A stretch of 64,000 nucleotides of DNA from Candidatus Colwellbacteria bacterium. Its GTDB lineage: Bacteria > Patescibacteriota > Minisyncoccia > UBA6257 > Colwellbacteraceae. The DNA is taken from assembly GCA_027448785.1 (NCBI GenBank), contig DAIDMW010000001.1, forward strand, positions 1,668 to 65,667. The letters run 5' to 3'. Below are positions 1 through 9,111 of the stretch, piece after piece (the stretch's first letter is position 1; the number at the start of each line of letters is the position of its first letter). A program made the translations under genes and the position numbers. The notes beneath the pieces were generated by a model, which saw only the letters and a list, made by a program, of their open reading frames with translations, did not search any database and was not told the origin of the DNA.

Positions 1-571
1 TTCTTAGTTCGCCTCGGAAATTCATATAGTCCGATGAAAAATATTTTACCTGAGTCAGCTCCCCCGAGTCGATCTTACTCCTTATCCGGCGCAGCTTTTT
101 TTCTTGCACCTCCGCGTTGGTGCTGAAGGTATCGTCGATGCCCAGCGTTAAATACGAAGCCTGCTTGGCTTCATTGGGATTGCTACGGAATTCCAGAATA
201 GTATCGACTCCGTTTACAATGTCGTCATACCTCGATGCCCTTCTAGTGAACGCATTCTCGCCGAAGTAATCGCCCAGTTCGGCGCGTTCGTTTATTGTCC
301 ACTCAAAGATGGTCGAGTATTTCTTGAGAAGCTCCGATTGAGGGGTTGATTCTTGCCTGAATACTCTCTCGGCTTCCGCGACCCTCTCAAGGTCGCGCCT
401 TACATTTTCCTCTCCGTACAAATCGGCGAAGTCTTCTTCGTGCACAGCATCCTTTTTTAATGCCGCTTCCGCCATCTCATAGGCCTTTTTATTATTTATC
501 TCTTCAATCTCTTCGTCTGCGGCTCGTTCGGCCGAGGCGAACGATATTTCTCCCTCGAATGATCGTCTCAT
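1..571 (-). CDS. hypothetical protein, N-terminal part (gene continues past window edge)
   Basis: Manual reverse-complement translation from ATG (rc of 569-571) is stop-free to position 1 (MRRSFEGEISFASAERAADEEIEE...). It is absent from the ORF track, presumably because it is open-ended. No recognisable family. Confidence 0.45.
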   Translation of the reverse strand, partial: MRRSFEGEISFASAERAADEEIEEINNKKAYEMAEAALKKDAVHEEDFADLYGEENVRRDLERVAEAERVFRQESTPQSELLKKYSTIFEWTINERAELGDYFGENAFTRRASRYDDIVNGVDTILEFRSNPNEAKQASYLTLGIDDTFSTNAEVQEKKLRRIRSKIDSGELTQVKYFSSDYMNFRGELR

Positions 572-697
572 AGGTTCATTGTAAATTATTTTTAATACCC
601 AGTGAATCGGTTCTCGACTCAATATTGTTCTGGACAAAATCTAATTTTTGTGTTATCAACCCGTAGTTGAACATTAACACAAAGGAGTGAGTTAAGG

Positions 698-1954
698 ATG
701 TGGGATCCGTATAGCGAATTTGAGTCCGCTACCCTGTCCAACGGTCTTTCCGTGTATGCTTGCAAGTGGGAGAGGCCATGGCAGACTATCGGCTTCGTGG
801 TTCACAGCGGAGCCAGGCATGACCCTATCGGACTAGAAGGCTTGTCGCACTTTGTCGAGCATCTGGTTTCGCAAAACGCCTCCATCGCCTCGAAGGAAAT
901 CGAATCCTTCTTCGGCAGCCACGGAGGATCGGTTATGTTCGGCAGCACCGGCTATTCGTCAACCAGCTACAATTTCTTTGTCGCAGCAAAGCCAAGCGTC
1001 GTTGCGCGGGCGTTGGACATCTTCGGCTCCATGCTCATCAGCGCCAAGCTACAAAACTCCGTCGAGAGGGAAAGAGAGGTGATTATCCAAGAGTTTTTCC
1101 GCAAGTATCAGGCCAAAGTAAGAGTCGAGTTCGAAGCTCGCGAAGTAAAGGCGGTGTACGGCGGAACTTGGCGCGAAAGATTCCTCAGCCCGATGGGCTC
1201 TCCGGAGTCTGTAAGGCGGATAACGCAAAGCGACCTGCAGGCGCACTACGACACCAACTACACGCCGGCCAATATAAGCGTGGTCTGCGTTGGCGGAATG
1301 GGACTTTCGGAACTGGTGAGCCTCCTTTCTTCGAGCCCTTTCGGCAAGGAAAAGAGAGGTCAGAGAAAACCTCTTCCATCCGCGGCAACCGATGCGCCGC
1401 TTCCTTTCGAGAGCGGGTACGTCTTTGAGATGTCGGAGGTTTTGCGCGCTGACGTTTCTCCGGATGCTGGATCATACCTAAGCATGGCAAGGATTCCCGG
1501 GGCCGTGAATTCCAATGCGATCAGCGGAGTCAGAAGCGTCCTCGCAAAAATCCTTTTCGAGGAGGTGAGAGAAAAGCGGGCCTGGACCTACCATATCGCT
1601 ACCGGGTTTAACGACTTTGGCGACATTCGCAGCTTCTTCATCGACTGCGGATCCATAGCCCCCGGCGCCCTCGGCGAGATCGCAGGCGTTGTGGATCGCT
1701 GCTTGTCTGAAGTTGCGAAGAGAGAAGACATGCTGCGCAACGCTCGGCACGAGGCGGTTCTGAATCTCTGGATGCAAGATCCAAATGGGCGCCAAGTCAG
1801 AGACGAGGCGATGAACGACCTTGAAGGCCACCAGCGCATAAAGACGCTGGCGGAAATCGAGGAAGAAATCATGGTCGTGACGGCGGAGGACGTTTCAAAC
1901 GTCCTTGAGTGGCTGAAACCAGAACGGCGTTGGACAAGAATCTCGCGTCCTTAA
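698..1954 (+). CDS. M16 (pitrilysin/insulinase) family zinc peptidase
   Basis: Inverted zinc-binding motif HFVEH (HxxEH) near the N-terminus, ~420 aa as typical for M16. AAGGAG lies 10 nt upstream of the ATG. Confidence 0.7.
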   Translation: MWDPYSEFESATLSNGLSVYACKWERPWQTIGFVVHSGARHDPIGLEGLSHFVEHLVSQNASIASKEIESFFGSHGGSVMFGSTGYSSTSYNFFVAAKPSVVARALDIFGSMLISAKLQNSVEREREVIIQEFFRKYQAKVRVEFEAREVKAVYGGTWRERFLSPMGSPESVRRITQSDLQAHYDTNYTPANISVVCVGGMGLSELVSLLSSSPFGKEKRGQRKPLPSAATDAPLPFESGYVFEMSEVLRADVSPDAGSYLSMARIPGAVNSNAISGVRSVLAKILFEEVREKRAWTYHIATGFNDFGDIRSFFIDCGSIAPGALGEIAGVVDRCLSEVAKREDMLRNARHEAVLNLWMQDPNGRQVRDEAMNDLEGHQRIKTLAEIEEEIMVVTAEDVSNVLEWLKPERRWTRISRP

Positions 1955-2048
1955 CTCGCATCGAAAAAGCGGTTCGGGTGGTTGCTTTAAACGGCACCTG
2001 CCCGGCCGCTTTTTATTTTTCTTGTTTTAACGCGGTTTTTCTGCTAAC

Positions 2049-3596
2049 TTGGAGGCGATGCCCGAAACTCCTTCCAAAAACTCAATGCAGCGCCCGCCGA
2101 TCGTGGTGGTGATGGGACATGTCGATCACGGCAAGACCAGCCTTCTGGATTATATCCGCAAGGCCAATGTTGTGGCGCGCGAAGCAGGGGGGATAACCCA
2201 ATCCATCGGTGCTTATGAAATTGAGCACCCTTCGACAAGCTCAGGGCAAGCTCCTTCGACAAGCTCAGGGCAGGCTCCTTCGACAAGCTCAGGGCAAGCT
2301 CCTTCGACAAGCTCAGGGCAAGCTAGAAAAATCACTTTTATTGACACCCCCGGGCACGAGGCTTTTACGGCTATGCGCTCCAGGGGCGCGACGGTCGCTG
2401 ACATCGCCATCCTGGTCGTGGCCGCCGACGAAGGAGTGAAGCCCCAGACCTTGGAGGCGATTAACACTCTGAAAGAAGTTGGCACTCCTTATATAGTAGC
2501 CATCACCAAGATCGACCGGCCGAACGCGAATATCGAGAAGGTCAAGTCGGAACTTCTCTCCAACGGAGTTTTATTGGAAGGAATGGGAGGCGACGTCAGC
2601 TGGCAGGGCGTTTCCGCCGTTACCGGCGAGGGGGTGAATGAGCTTATAGATCTCATCTTGCTATTGGGCGATGTTTTAGACCTGCGGTACGATCCGGGAG
2701 CGACAGCCGAGGGCGTGATAATCGAAGCGACCAAGGACAGCCGCCGCGGAGTCGTGGCCAGCCTTATTTTGCGCGACGGAATCCTGCGCGAAGGCGAATA
2801 CATCACCACCGAGACCACCTACGGGAAGATAAAGCTGCTGGAGAACTTCAAAGGCGAAAGGGTCCAGGAGCTTTCTCCTTCCGCTCCGGCGCGGGTCGTG
2901 GGTTTCGAAGAGCTGCCGCTGGTCGGCGAGCGCTTCCAGGCCGGCGATATCAATTTGGCCGAGATCAAGCTGGCGGCCGCCGGTTCGGCTATCAAAGCCG
3001 CCGGGCTGTCGGAGGCTGAAGAAAGCAAGGAGGCGGTGAAGCTCATAACCAAAGCCGACACCGCTGGATCGCTTGAGGCTCTGAACCACGTCATTAAAGG
3101 AGTAGAAGGTGTGCGCGTCATTAGCAGCGCGGTCGGCGATATCACCGACGGCGATGTGGACCAGGCCATAAGCACGGGCAGCCTCATCGTTGGTTTCCGC
3201 GTCAAAGCTTCCGGTTCGACTTTGAACCGCGCGCAGATCAAGAACATTAAAATAATCAGTTCGGAGATAATCTATAAGATCGTCGAGGAGATAGAGGCGC
3301 ACTTGAAAGAGCTTCGCGGAGCTATGGTCGCCGGCGAGCTGGAGATTCTGAAGATATTCGAGACCGAGGGCAAGCGTGTGGTTTTGGGAGGACGAGTCGT
3401 AACCGGCTCAATTAAAGTCGGCATCGAAGTCAAGGTGGAGAGGCGCGGCAGCCAAATTTCCTCGGCGCGGATTATTAATTTGCAAGAAAATCGCAAGGAC
3501 GTGACGGAAGTCGCCGAGGGCAAAGAATGCGGTATGCTCGTCGAGTCCGAAGGTAAACTCCTGCCGGGAGACCGCCTGAAGATTTTTTCCGAATAA
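2049..3596 (+). CDS. infB: translation initiation factor IF-2 (core G2-C2 form, no N-terminal domains)
   Basis: G1 motif [22 protein letters not shown] and DTPGHEAF. Domain order matches IF-2, and it is followed by rbfA as in canonical operons. Confidence 0.9.
   Translation: MEAMPETPSKNSMQRPPIVVVMGHVDHGKTSLLDYIRKANVVAREAGGITQSIGAYEIEHPSTSSGQAPSTSSGQAPSTSSGQAPSTSSGQARKITFIDTPGHEAFTAMRSRGATVADIAILVVAADEGVKPQTLEAINTLKEVGTPYIVAITKIDRPNANIEKVKSELLSNGVLLEGMGGDVSWQGVSAVTGEGVNELIDLILLLGDVLDLRYDPGATAEGVIIEATKDSRRGVVASLILRDGILREGEYITTETTYGKIKLLENFKGERVQELSPSAPARVVGFEELPLVGERFQAGDINLAEIKLAAAGSAIKAAGLSEAEESKEAVKLITKADTAGSLEALNHVIKGVEGVRVISSAVGDITDGDVDQAISTGSLIVGFRVKASGSTLNRAQIKNIKIISSEIIYKIVEEIEAHLKELRGAMVAGELEILKIFETEGKRVVLGGRVVTGSIKVGIEVKVERRGSQISSARIINLQENRKDVTEVAEGKECGMLVESEGKLLPGDRLKIFSE
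2229..2324 (+). repeat. perfect 4x24-bp tandem repeat (ccttcgacaagctcagggcaagct, one SNP) in-frame within infB, encoding (PSTSSGQA)x4
   Basis: Read directly from the sequence: four contiguous 24-nt units between the G2 region and DTPGH of IF-2. Confidence 0.9.
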
Positions 3597-3600
3597 CAAA

Positions 3601-3942
3601 ATGAAAGCGCATCGCGCCGAAAGGATAGCTAGCCTGATTCACGAGGAGTTGGGGAAATTCTTATTGCGCGAAGTGGAATTTCCCGAGGGCAGCCTGGTAA
3701 CCATCAGCCGAGTAGAGGTTGACCGAGAGTTAGCCACTGCCTCGGTCTGGGTCAGCGTCCTGCCGTCGTCGAGCAAGGGGGAGGTGATGAAGATTTTAAA
3801 GGACGAGCAAGGAAGGATGCAGTTCCTTTTGAACCGGAAGATGAATATCAAGCCGATGCCGCGCATCAATTTTTTGCTGGATGAGGGGCTGGAAAAAGCG
3901 GCGGCAATTGAAAAAATATTTATTGCTGGAGATAATCAGTAA
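3601..3942 (+). CDS. rbfA: ribosome-binding factor A
   Basis: ~113 aa, N-terminus RAERIASLIHEELGKFLL resembles RbfA, immediately downstream of infB. Confidence 0.7.
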   Translation: MKAHRAERIASLIHEELGKFLLREVEFPEGSLVTISRVEVDRELATASVWVSVLPSSSKGEVMKILKDEQGRMQFLLNRKMNIKPMPRINFLLDEGLEKAAAIEKIFIAGDNQ

Positions 3943-3948
3943 GGCGCT

Positions 3949-4020
3949 GGCCTGGTAGCCAAGTGGTAAGGCGAAGGTCTGCAAAACCTTTATACGCGGG
4001 TTCGATTCCCGCCCAGGCCT
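3949..4020 (+). tRNA. tRNA-Cys (anticodon GCA)
   Basis: Acceptor stem GGCCTGG/CCAGGCC. Anticodon stem AAGGT/ACCTT with loop CTGCAAA. T-arm GCGGG-TTCGATT-CCCGC. Discriminator T. Confidence 0.85.
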
Positions 4021-4022
4021 CA

Positions 4023-4661
4023 ATGAAAGTGATTCCGGCGATAAACTGCGAAAACTTCGAGTGCGTTTCCGAGAAGATTATTCTAGCCTCGCAGTTTGCG
4101 GATTGGGTGCAGATCGACGTGTCCGACGGAAAATTTTCGCCAGCGCTCACCTGGAATAATCCGGAAAAATTGGCAGAGTGGCTTAAGGAGAATGAATCCG
4201 GCCTTAAGATCGAGGTTCATCTCATGGTAGAAGACGTCTTAAATGAAGCTCTGCGCTGGTTGAAGGCTGGCGCAAACAGGGTGGTCGTCCAGTCCGGGAT
4301 AGAGTTCGATTACGAGAAACTGCTCGCGGTCTGCGACGAGCACGGAGCCGAAGCGATGCTGTCTTTTTCTCCGCAATCCGCCGTCGGCGACAATCTTTCC
4401 TTGGCTTCCGCTTTTCGCGAGTTCCAGGTGCTGGCGGTTTCTCCGGGATTTGCCGGGCAGGAGTTCGGCGATGAAGCGATTATGAAGATAAAGTCTTTGC
4501 GCCGAGTTTTCCCCGATGCTATCATTGAAGTGGATGGGGGAATAAATCCCGCGACGGCCAAAGCAGTTAGTTTGGCCGGAGCGGATATCGTCGTCTCCGC
4601 GTCCTACATTTTTGAAAGTAAAAATCCGCGCGAAGCTTTTTTCGAGCTGCGAGCGGTATAA
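4023..4661 (+). CDS. rpe: ribulose-phosphate 3-epimerase-like protein
   Basis: VQIDVSDGKF resembles the RPE IHVDVMDGHF motif, and there is a C-terminal VDGG motif. The track ORF begins inside the tRNA; the ATG at 4023 in the same frame is the plausible start. Confidence 0.5.
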   Translation: MKVIPAINCENFECVSEKIILASQFADWVQIDVSDGKFSPALTWNNPEKLAEWLKENESGLKIEVHLMVEDVLNEALRWLKAGANRVVVQSGIEFDYEKLLAVCDEHGAEAMLSFSPQSAVGDNLSLASAFREFQVLAVSPGFAGQEFGDEAIMKIKSLRRVFPDAIIEVDGGINPATAKAVSLAGADIVVSASYIFESKNPREAFFELRAV

Positions 4662-4674
4662 GATCAAACAACTC

Positions 4675-5535
4675 ATGGAACCTTTGACCGAAGAGAAAAT
4701 TAAATTTTTGAGGGAAAAAGCCAACGAGATCCGCGAGTCGATCATCGAGATGTTGGTCGAGGCGGGCAGCGGGCATTCGGCCGGCCCTTTGGGGATGGCC
4801 GACGTTTTTACCGCCTTTTATTTCCATATCTTGAACCACAATCCCCAGAATCCCGACTGGCCCGACCGCGATCGCTTGATCCTTTCGAACGGGCACATCT
4901 GCCCAGTAAGATACGCGGCCATGGCGCATTCCGGATACTTCCCCGTAGAGGAGCTGAAAACCCTGCGCAAACTGAATTCCAGATTACAAGGGCATCCCCA
5001 CCGCACATCGCTGCCCGGAGTAGAAACCACTTCCGGGCCATTGGGATCGGGCCTGTCGCAAGCAGTCGGCGTGGCTTTAGCGGCTAAGCTCGACAAAAAG
5101 AAGTACCGGGTTTACGCCTTTCTCTCCGACGGCGAGCACGACGAAGGCAATCTTTGGGAGGCGGCGATGTTCGCCGGCAAGAACAAGCTTGGCAATCTTA
5201 CCGCGCTCATCGACCGCAACAACATCCAGATCGACGGGTTCACCGAGGACGTGATGCCTCTGGAGCCGCTGAAAGAAAAATATGAGTCTTTCGGCTGGCA
5301 CGTATTGGAGATCAATGGGCATAATTTCGAGCAGATCATCGACGCCGTTTCCGAAGCTAGGGTGATCCACGAGAAGCCGACGGTCGTCATTGCCCACACC
5401 ATCCCCGGCAAGGGTGTAAGCTTTATGGAGAATGATTACCTATGGCACGGCAAGCCGCCCAACAAAGAGGAGGCGGCGAAAGCTTTGAGCGAACTCCGGA
5501 CGCTTGGAGGAAAAATAACATCGGAGCATCAATAA
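4675..5535 (+). CDS. transketolase, N-terminal subunit (split transketolase)
   Basis: GSGHSAGPLGMADVF thiamine-diphosphate-binding region of the TK N-terminus, and the ORF ends before the pyrimidine-binding half. Start chosen at MEPLTEEKIK after the rpe stop. Confidence 0.8.
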   Translation: MEPLTEEKIKFLREKANEIRESIIEMLVEAGSGHSAGPLGMADVFTAFYFHILNHNPQNPDWPDRDRLILSNGHICPVRYAAMAHSGYFPVEELKTLRKLNSRLQGHPHRTSLPGVETTSGPLGSGLSQAVGVALAAKLDKKKYRVYAFLSDGEHDEGNLWEAAMFAGKNKLGNLTALIDRNNIQIDGFTEDVMPLEPLKEKYESFGWHVLEINGHNFEQIIDAVSEARVIHEKPTVVIAHTIPGKGVSFMENDYLWHGKPPNKEEAAKALSELRTLGGKITSEHQ

Positions 5536-5537
5536 TT

Positions 5538-6554
5538 ATGTTGAACAAGAGCGCTAAATTATCTCCGAATCTTGGGGCTGAAAAAGTAGAGGAGGTTCCC
5601 ATCCGCAACGGTTATGGCGAGGGTCTGATGATAGCCGGCGAAAAGGATGCTAATGTGGTGGTCCTTTGCGCCGACCTTACCGAATCGACTCGCTCGGAGG
5701 CGTTTTCCAAAAAATATCCCGAGCGCTTTTTCGAGGTAGGAGTGGCGGAACAAAATCTGGCGACCATCGCCGCCGGTTTGGGGATCTCCGGGAAAGTGCC
5801 GTTTATTTCCTCTTATGCCACTTTTTCGCCGGGAAGGAATTGGGAGCAGATCCGCACCACCATCTCTTACAACGATTCCAACGTGAAAATCGCCGGACAC
5901 CACGCGGGGATCTCAACCGGTCCGGACGGCGCTACCCACCAAGCGGTGGAGGATATCGCGACGATGCGGGTGATGGCCAACATGACGGTCGTAGTTCCCT
6001 GCGATGCCATAGAGGCGAAAAAAGCGACTATCGCCGCCGCGGAAATAAAAGGCCCGGTCTATCTAAGGTTCGCCCGAGAAAAGACGGCGGTTATAACGAC
6101 GGAAGACACGCCGTTCGAGGTCGGCAAGGCCGAGATCTTTTACCAGACGACGAAGCCGCAAGCCGCGATCATCGCCTGCGGCACCCTGGTTTACAACGCT
6201 TTGGTTGCGGCTAAGGAACTCGAAAAGGAAGGCATTAACGTCCTGGTCGTGAATAACCACACGATCAAGCCGATCGATGAAAAAAAGATACTCGAGGTCG
6301 CAAAGAAATGCGGCGCGATCGTCACGGTTGAAGAGCATCAGGTTGCAGGAGGCCTGGGCGGAGCGGTAGCCGAGGTTTTGGCCAAAGGTTCACCGACGCC
6401 GATGGAGTTTGTCGGCTTGCAGGGAGTCTTCGGCGAGTCAGGAAATCCAAAGGAGCTTATCGAAAAGTACGGAATGGGCGTGAAAGACATCAAGGAGGCA
6501 GTGAAGAAGGCGGTAAAGCGCAAAAGACAAAACACCGAAAATCCTAAATCCTAA
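5538..6554 (+). CDS. transketolase, C-terminal subunit
   Basis: Pyrimidine-binding/C-terminal TK domains (GISTGPDGATHQAVEDIA). ATG at 5538, 3 nt after the N-subunit stop. The last ~12 codons lie inside intergenic repeat element E1. Confidence 0.8.
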   Translation: MLNKSAKLSPNLGAEKVEEVPIRNGYGEGLMIAGEKDANVVVLCADLTESTRSEAFSKKYPERFFEVGVAEQNLATIAAGLGISGKVPFISSYATFSPGRNWEQIRTTISYNDSNVKIAGHHAGISTGPDGATHQAVEDIATMRVMANMTVVVPCDAIEAKKATIAAAEIKGPVYLRFAREKTAVITTEDTPFEVGKAEIFYQTTKPQAAIIACGTLVYNALVAAKELEKEGINVLVVNNHTIKPIDEKKILEVAKKCGAIVTVEEHQVAGGLGGAVAEVLAKGSPTPMEFVGLQGVFGESGNPKELIEKYGMGVKDIKEAVKKAVKRKRQNTENPKS

Positions 6555-6722
6555 TATCGAAATCCGAAACAAATTCGAAATTACAAATTAGAAACTCCAA
6601 ACCCGTTTGTGTTTCGTATTTGGAATTTGTAGTTTGTGATTTGTTTAGGATTTAGAATTTCGAGTTTCGGATTTTCGTTGTTTTACGCTTTTCGCTTTGC
6701 GCTCCTTTGTTTTGCGCTTCCC
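6515..6722. repeat. composite palindromic intergenic repeat element E1 (A-arm / AT-rich hairpin module / A'-arm)
   Basis: aaagcgcaaaag...aaatccgaaacaaattcgaaattacaaa...caaacccgtttgtg...tttcggattt...ttttcgctttgcgc. The same architecture occurs at 12 other sites. Confidence 0.8.
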
Positions 6723-6765
6723 ATTGTCTCTAGCTCCAGATGCGATGAGCGGCTATAATTGTTTT

Positions 6766-7791
6766 ATGTACGACGTTATTGCTATCGGCAGCACAACTAT
6801 CGATTCGTTCTGGAAGACGGATTTCGAATTGACCGACTATAAAAAAGCGCCTTCAGGCAAGGCGTTCTCCATCCCTTTTGGCGAGAAGTATGGGGTGGAG
6901 GACGTTGTTTTCACGCTTGGGGGAAACGCGGCCAACGCTAGCGTAACTTTTTCCAGACAGGGATTCAAAACGGCTCTTTTCACAAAAATAGGAAAAGATT
7001 CTCTGGGAAACGAGGTAAAACTCAAGCTGAGCAAGGAGGGGGTTTCAGAGAGTCTTATCGAGTACGCCAAGGATAAGTCGACCTCCTTTTCCGTTCTTTT
7101 GCTGCAAAAAGGAGAGCGAAGCATATTGACTCATCACGGAGCGATCAACGATTTTACCTTAAAAAACGTTAACTTAAATAAACTTAAAAGCCGTTTCTGG
7201 TATGTTTCTCTTCCCGGAGAGTCGTATCGCGAGTTTGATCGCTTATTGGAATACGCGACAAAAAATAAAATTGGCGTAGCGTTGAATCCGTCTTACAAAC
7301 AGCTAGTCGGTTCGGGGCGCGCGCAGCTGCTGAAACATCTTAAAAAAGTTAACTTTTTAGTGGTAAACGACGGCGAGGCCGCCTCGCTGGCCGGAGTCTC
7401 TTTTACGCGGCATATGGAGGTTTTTAAAAAGCTGGACAAGCTTATTCCTGGAATAGTCGCGGTGACTGCGGGTCCCGACGGAGTAATGGTTTCGGACGGG
7501 GAGTTGATATATCGGGCCGGCGTTTTTCCCGAAAAAAAGATAGCCGATCGCACCGGAGCTGGCGACGCTTTTGGTTCAGGTTTCTTGGCTGGGCTCTTGG
7601 CCAAAGGATGGGACGGCCGCAAGAAGGCCGGCGCCAAGGCTGTCGAATACGCAATACGCCTAGCCTCCGCCAACGCGACCTCGGTGGTTGAGAAAATAGG
7701 GGCTACTCCGGGAGTGTTGACCAAGCGGGAGTTTAAAACGTCGCCTCGCTGGCAAAAAATAAAAATAGAAACAAAAAAAGTAAATTACTAA
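6766..7791 (+). CDS. PfkB-family carbohydrate kinase (ribokinase-like)
   Basis: N-terminal DVIAIGSTTIDSF and C-terminal GAGDAFGSGFLAG (PfkB signature 2). Start moved to ATG 6766, immediately after a TATAAT box. Confidence 0.7.
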   Translation: MYDVIAIGSTTIDSFWKTDFELTDYKKAPSGKAFSIPFGEKYGVEDVVFTLGGNAANASVTFSRQGFKTALFTKIGKDSLGNEVKLKLSKEGVSESLIEYAKDKSTSFSVLLLQKGERSILTHHGAINDFTLKNVNLNKLKSRFWYVSLPGESYREFDRLLEYATKNKIGVALNPSYKQLVGSGRAQLLKHLKKVNFLVVNDGEAASLAGVSFTRHMEVFKKLDKLIPGIVAVTAGPDGVMVSDGELIYRAGVFPEKKIADRTGAGDAFGSGFLAGLLAKGWDGRKKAGAKAVEYAIRLASANATSVVEKIGATPGVLTKREFKTSPRWQKIKIETKKVNY

Positions 7792-7792
7792 C

Positions 7793-9025
7793 ATGGAACA
7801 CTGCGAACCTTTAGCAAAAGTATTGAACGTCAATCCCGACTTGATTTCCGCTCTTGATCGGGAAATGGAGAAAAGAACGGGAAAGAAGGGGATATTGGAC
7901 AAGGTTTATAATGATAATTGCGCCGAAATCGAAAAAACGTTAAAACTGCTGGATTCAAACGAGCGATCAGCCAATCATGTGCGAAGCGTTCTGCGTTCGG
8001 AGATTCTGACCAACGAAAAAGAGTTGTTAAAATACCTGGAAACGATCGAAGGGAAGGACGAGTTTGAAAAAGCGGTCAACCTTTCAAAAAAAGTGGCTCG
8101 AGTAGATAAAGGTTTCTTTTTGAAGAAAGATCGCGCCGAGGGAATTTTGCGGAAACGCCCGCCGGAACATCTATTGGAGTATTTAGGATTAAAAACCGTC
8201 GATGAAGTTTTGGCCAAGCATGACGTGGCCGAGGTTTTCAGCGCCCTGCGCTTCATCGAGAGCGAGGAGTGGATGCATGAAACGTTTGAGGTTGCGTACA
8301 GCGATTTTACTGCCGATGATTTTGAAGAACGCGAAATCGAGGTCCGCGTTCTGGGTCCGGCCTGGCACGAAATCGCCTTGAAGTTCGTAGCCAAGAAACA
8401 CCACAACGTCAGTCACCTCAAGGAGTTCGGGGTTATTTTCCTTAATCCGATCAAAGAAAACGTGCCTGGGAAATTCTTGCGCGACTTCTCTTTGTTCATG
8501 CACTATTACCACGAGATTGACTTCTACTCCAAGCTGTTCCGCCGTTACGCCAAGGAGGCGGACTTCGCCGAAAGGCTGAAGTCACTGCTGCGCGGAGACG
8601 TTCCCGAGATATACAAGGCCGAGGACGGAGAATGGCTTATCGTCCAGCGCTACCTTTCGAAAATAAATCCGCAGGACCCGCGCCTTTTTCTGCCGCGGGT
8701 CAATCCGGAATCGATGCACTGGGCTCGCGGAGAGCGGGACATCACGCAGTATTCCGAGCCAACCAAGATGTTCAATCTGCATCTCTGGCACAATTTGGAC
8801 TGGGTCGGGGGAGTTTTCGACGGAGGGAAGGACGAAGTAGTTAGCTTCGACTTGGAGGACAACGCTATGTCGCTGGTTTCCTTCATGGAAGGGAAGGACG
8901 AAGGATTCAATTACCACCAGCGCGAAGCGATGTGGACCAAGATTTTCGAAGAGTTCGTCGGTGGAGACAAAAAGATGGAGGAGATCCTCATCGAGAACTT
9001 CGACAAGGGAATCGTCAAATTCTAA
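7793..9025 (+). CDS. hypothetical protein (410 aa), no recognisable family
   Basis: Long clean ORF translationally coupled to the pfkB stop (TAACATG). Sits in a sugar-phosphate gene neighbourhood. Confidence 0.5.
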   Translation: MEHCEPLAKVLNVNPDLISALDREMEKRTGKKGILDKVYNDNCAEIEKTLKLLDSNERSANHVRSVLRSEILTNEKELLKYLETIEGKDEFEKAVNLSKKVARVDKGFFLKKDRAEGILRKRPPEHLLEYLGLKTVDEVLAKHDVAEVFSALRFIESEEWMHETFEVAYSDFTADDFEEREIEVRVLGPAWHEIALKFVAKKHHNVSHLKEFGVIFLNPIKENVPGKFLRDFSLFMHYYHEIDFYSKLFRRYAKEADFAERLKSLLRGDVPEIYKAEDGEWLIVQRYLSKINPQDPRLFLPRVNPESMHWARGERDITQYSEPTKMFNLHLWHNLDWVGGVFDGGKDEVVSFDLEDNAMSLVSFMEGKDEGFNYHQREAMWTKIFEEFVGGDKKMEEILIENFDKGIVKF

Positions 9026-9100
9026 AAGCGCAAAATTAAAAGCTAAAAGCGAAAAAGAATAATAACGTAGTTATTTTGCGTTTTGCACTTTTCGCTTTTA
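9026..9100. repeat. short palindromic intergenic repeat element E2 (A-arm/A'-arm only)
   Basis: aaagcgcaaaattaaaagctaaaagcgaaaaag...cgttttgcacttttcgcttttaaaat forms a hairpin. Confidence 0.7.
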
Positions 9101-9111
9101 AAATAAATGTA

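Noticed and set aside
1955-2048. Terminator between the M16 peptidase gene and infB
   Set aside because: There is a T-run after GC-rich sequence (ggcacctgcccggccgcttttt), but I could not fold a convincing stem by eye, so it is not listed as a feature.
2229-2324. The 24-bp direct repeats as a CRISPR array
   Set aside because: The units are contiguous with no spacers, are in-frame inside infB, and there are no cas genes. It is a coding VNTR.
2676-3302. Long antisense ORFs inside infB, fba (9226..9822), ftsZ (33266..33832), tkt (5077..5397) and others
   Set aside because: These are shadow ORFs opposite well-supported conserved genes, with no motifs.
3963-4022. Track ORF start at 3963 for the rpe-like gene
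   Set aside because: That start lies inside tRNA-Cys. The in-frame ATG at 4023 immediately after the tRNA is used instead.
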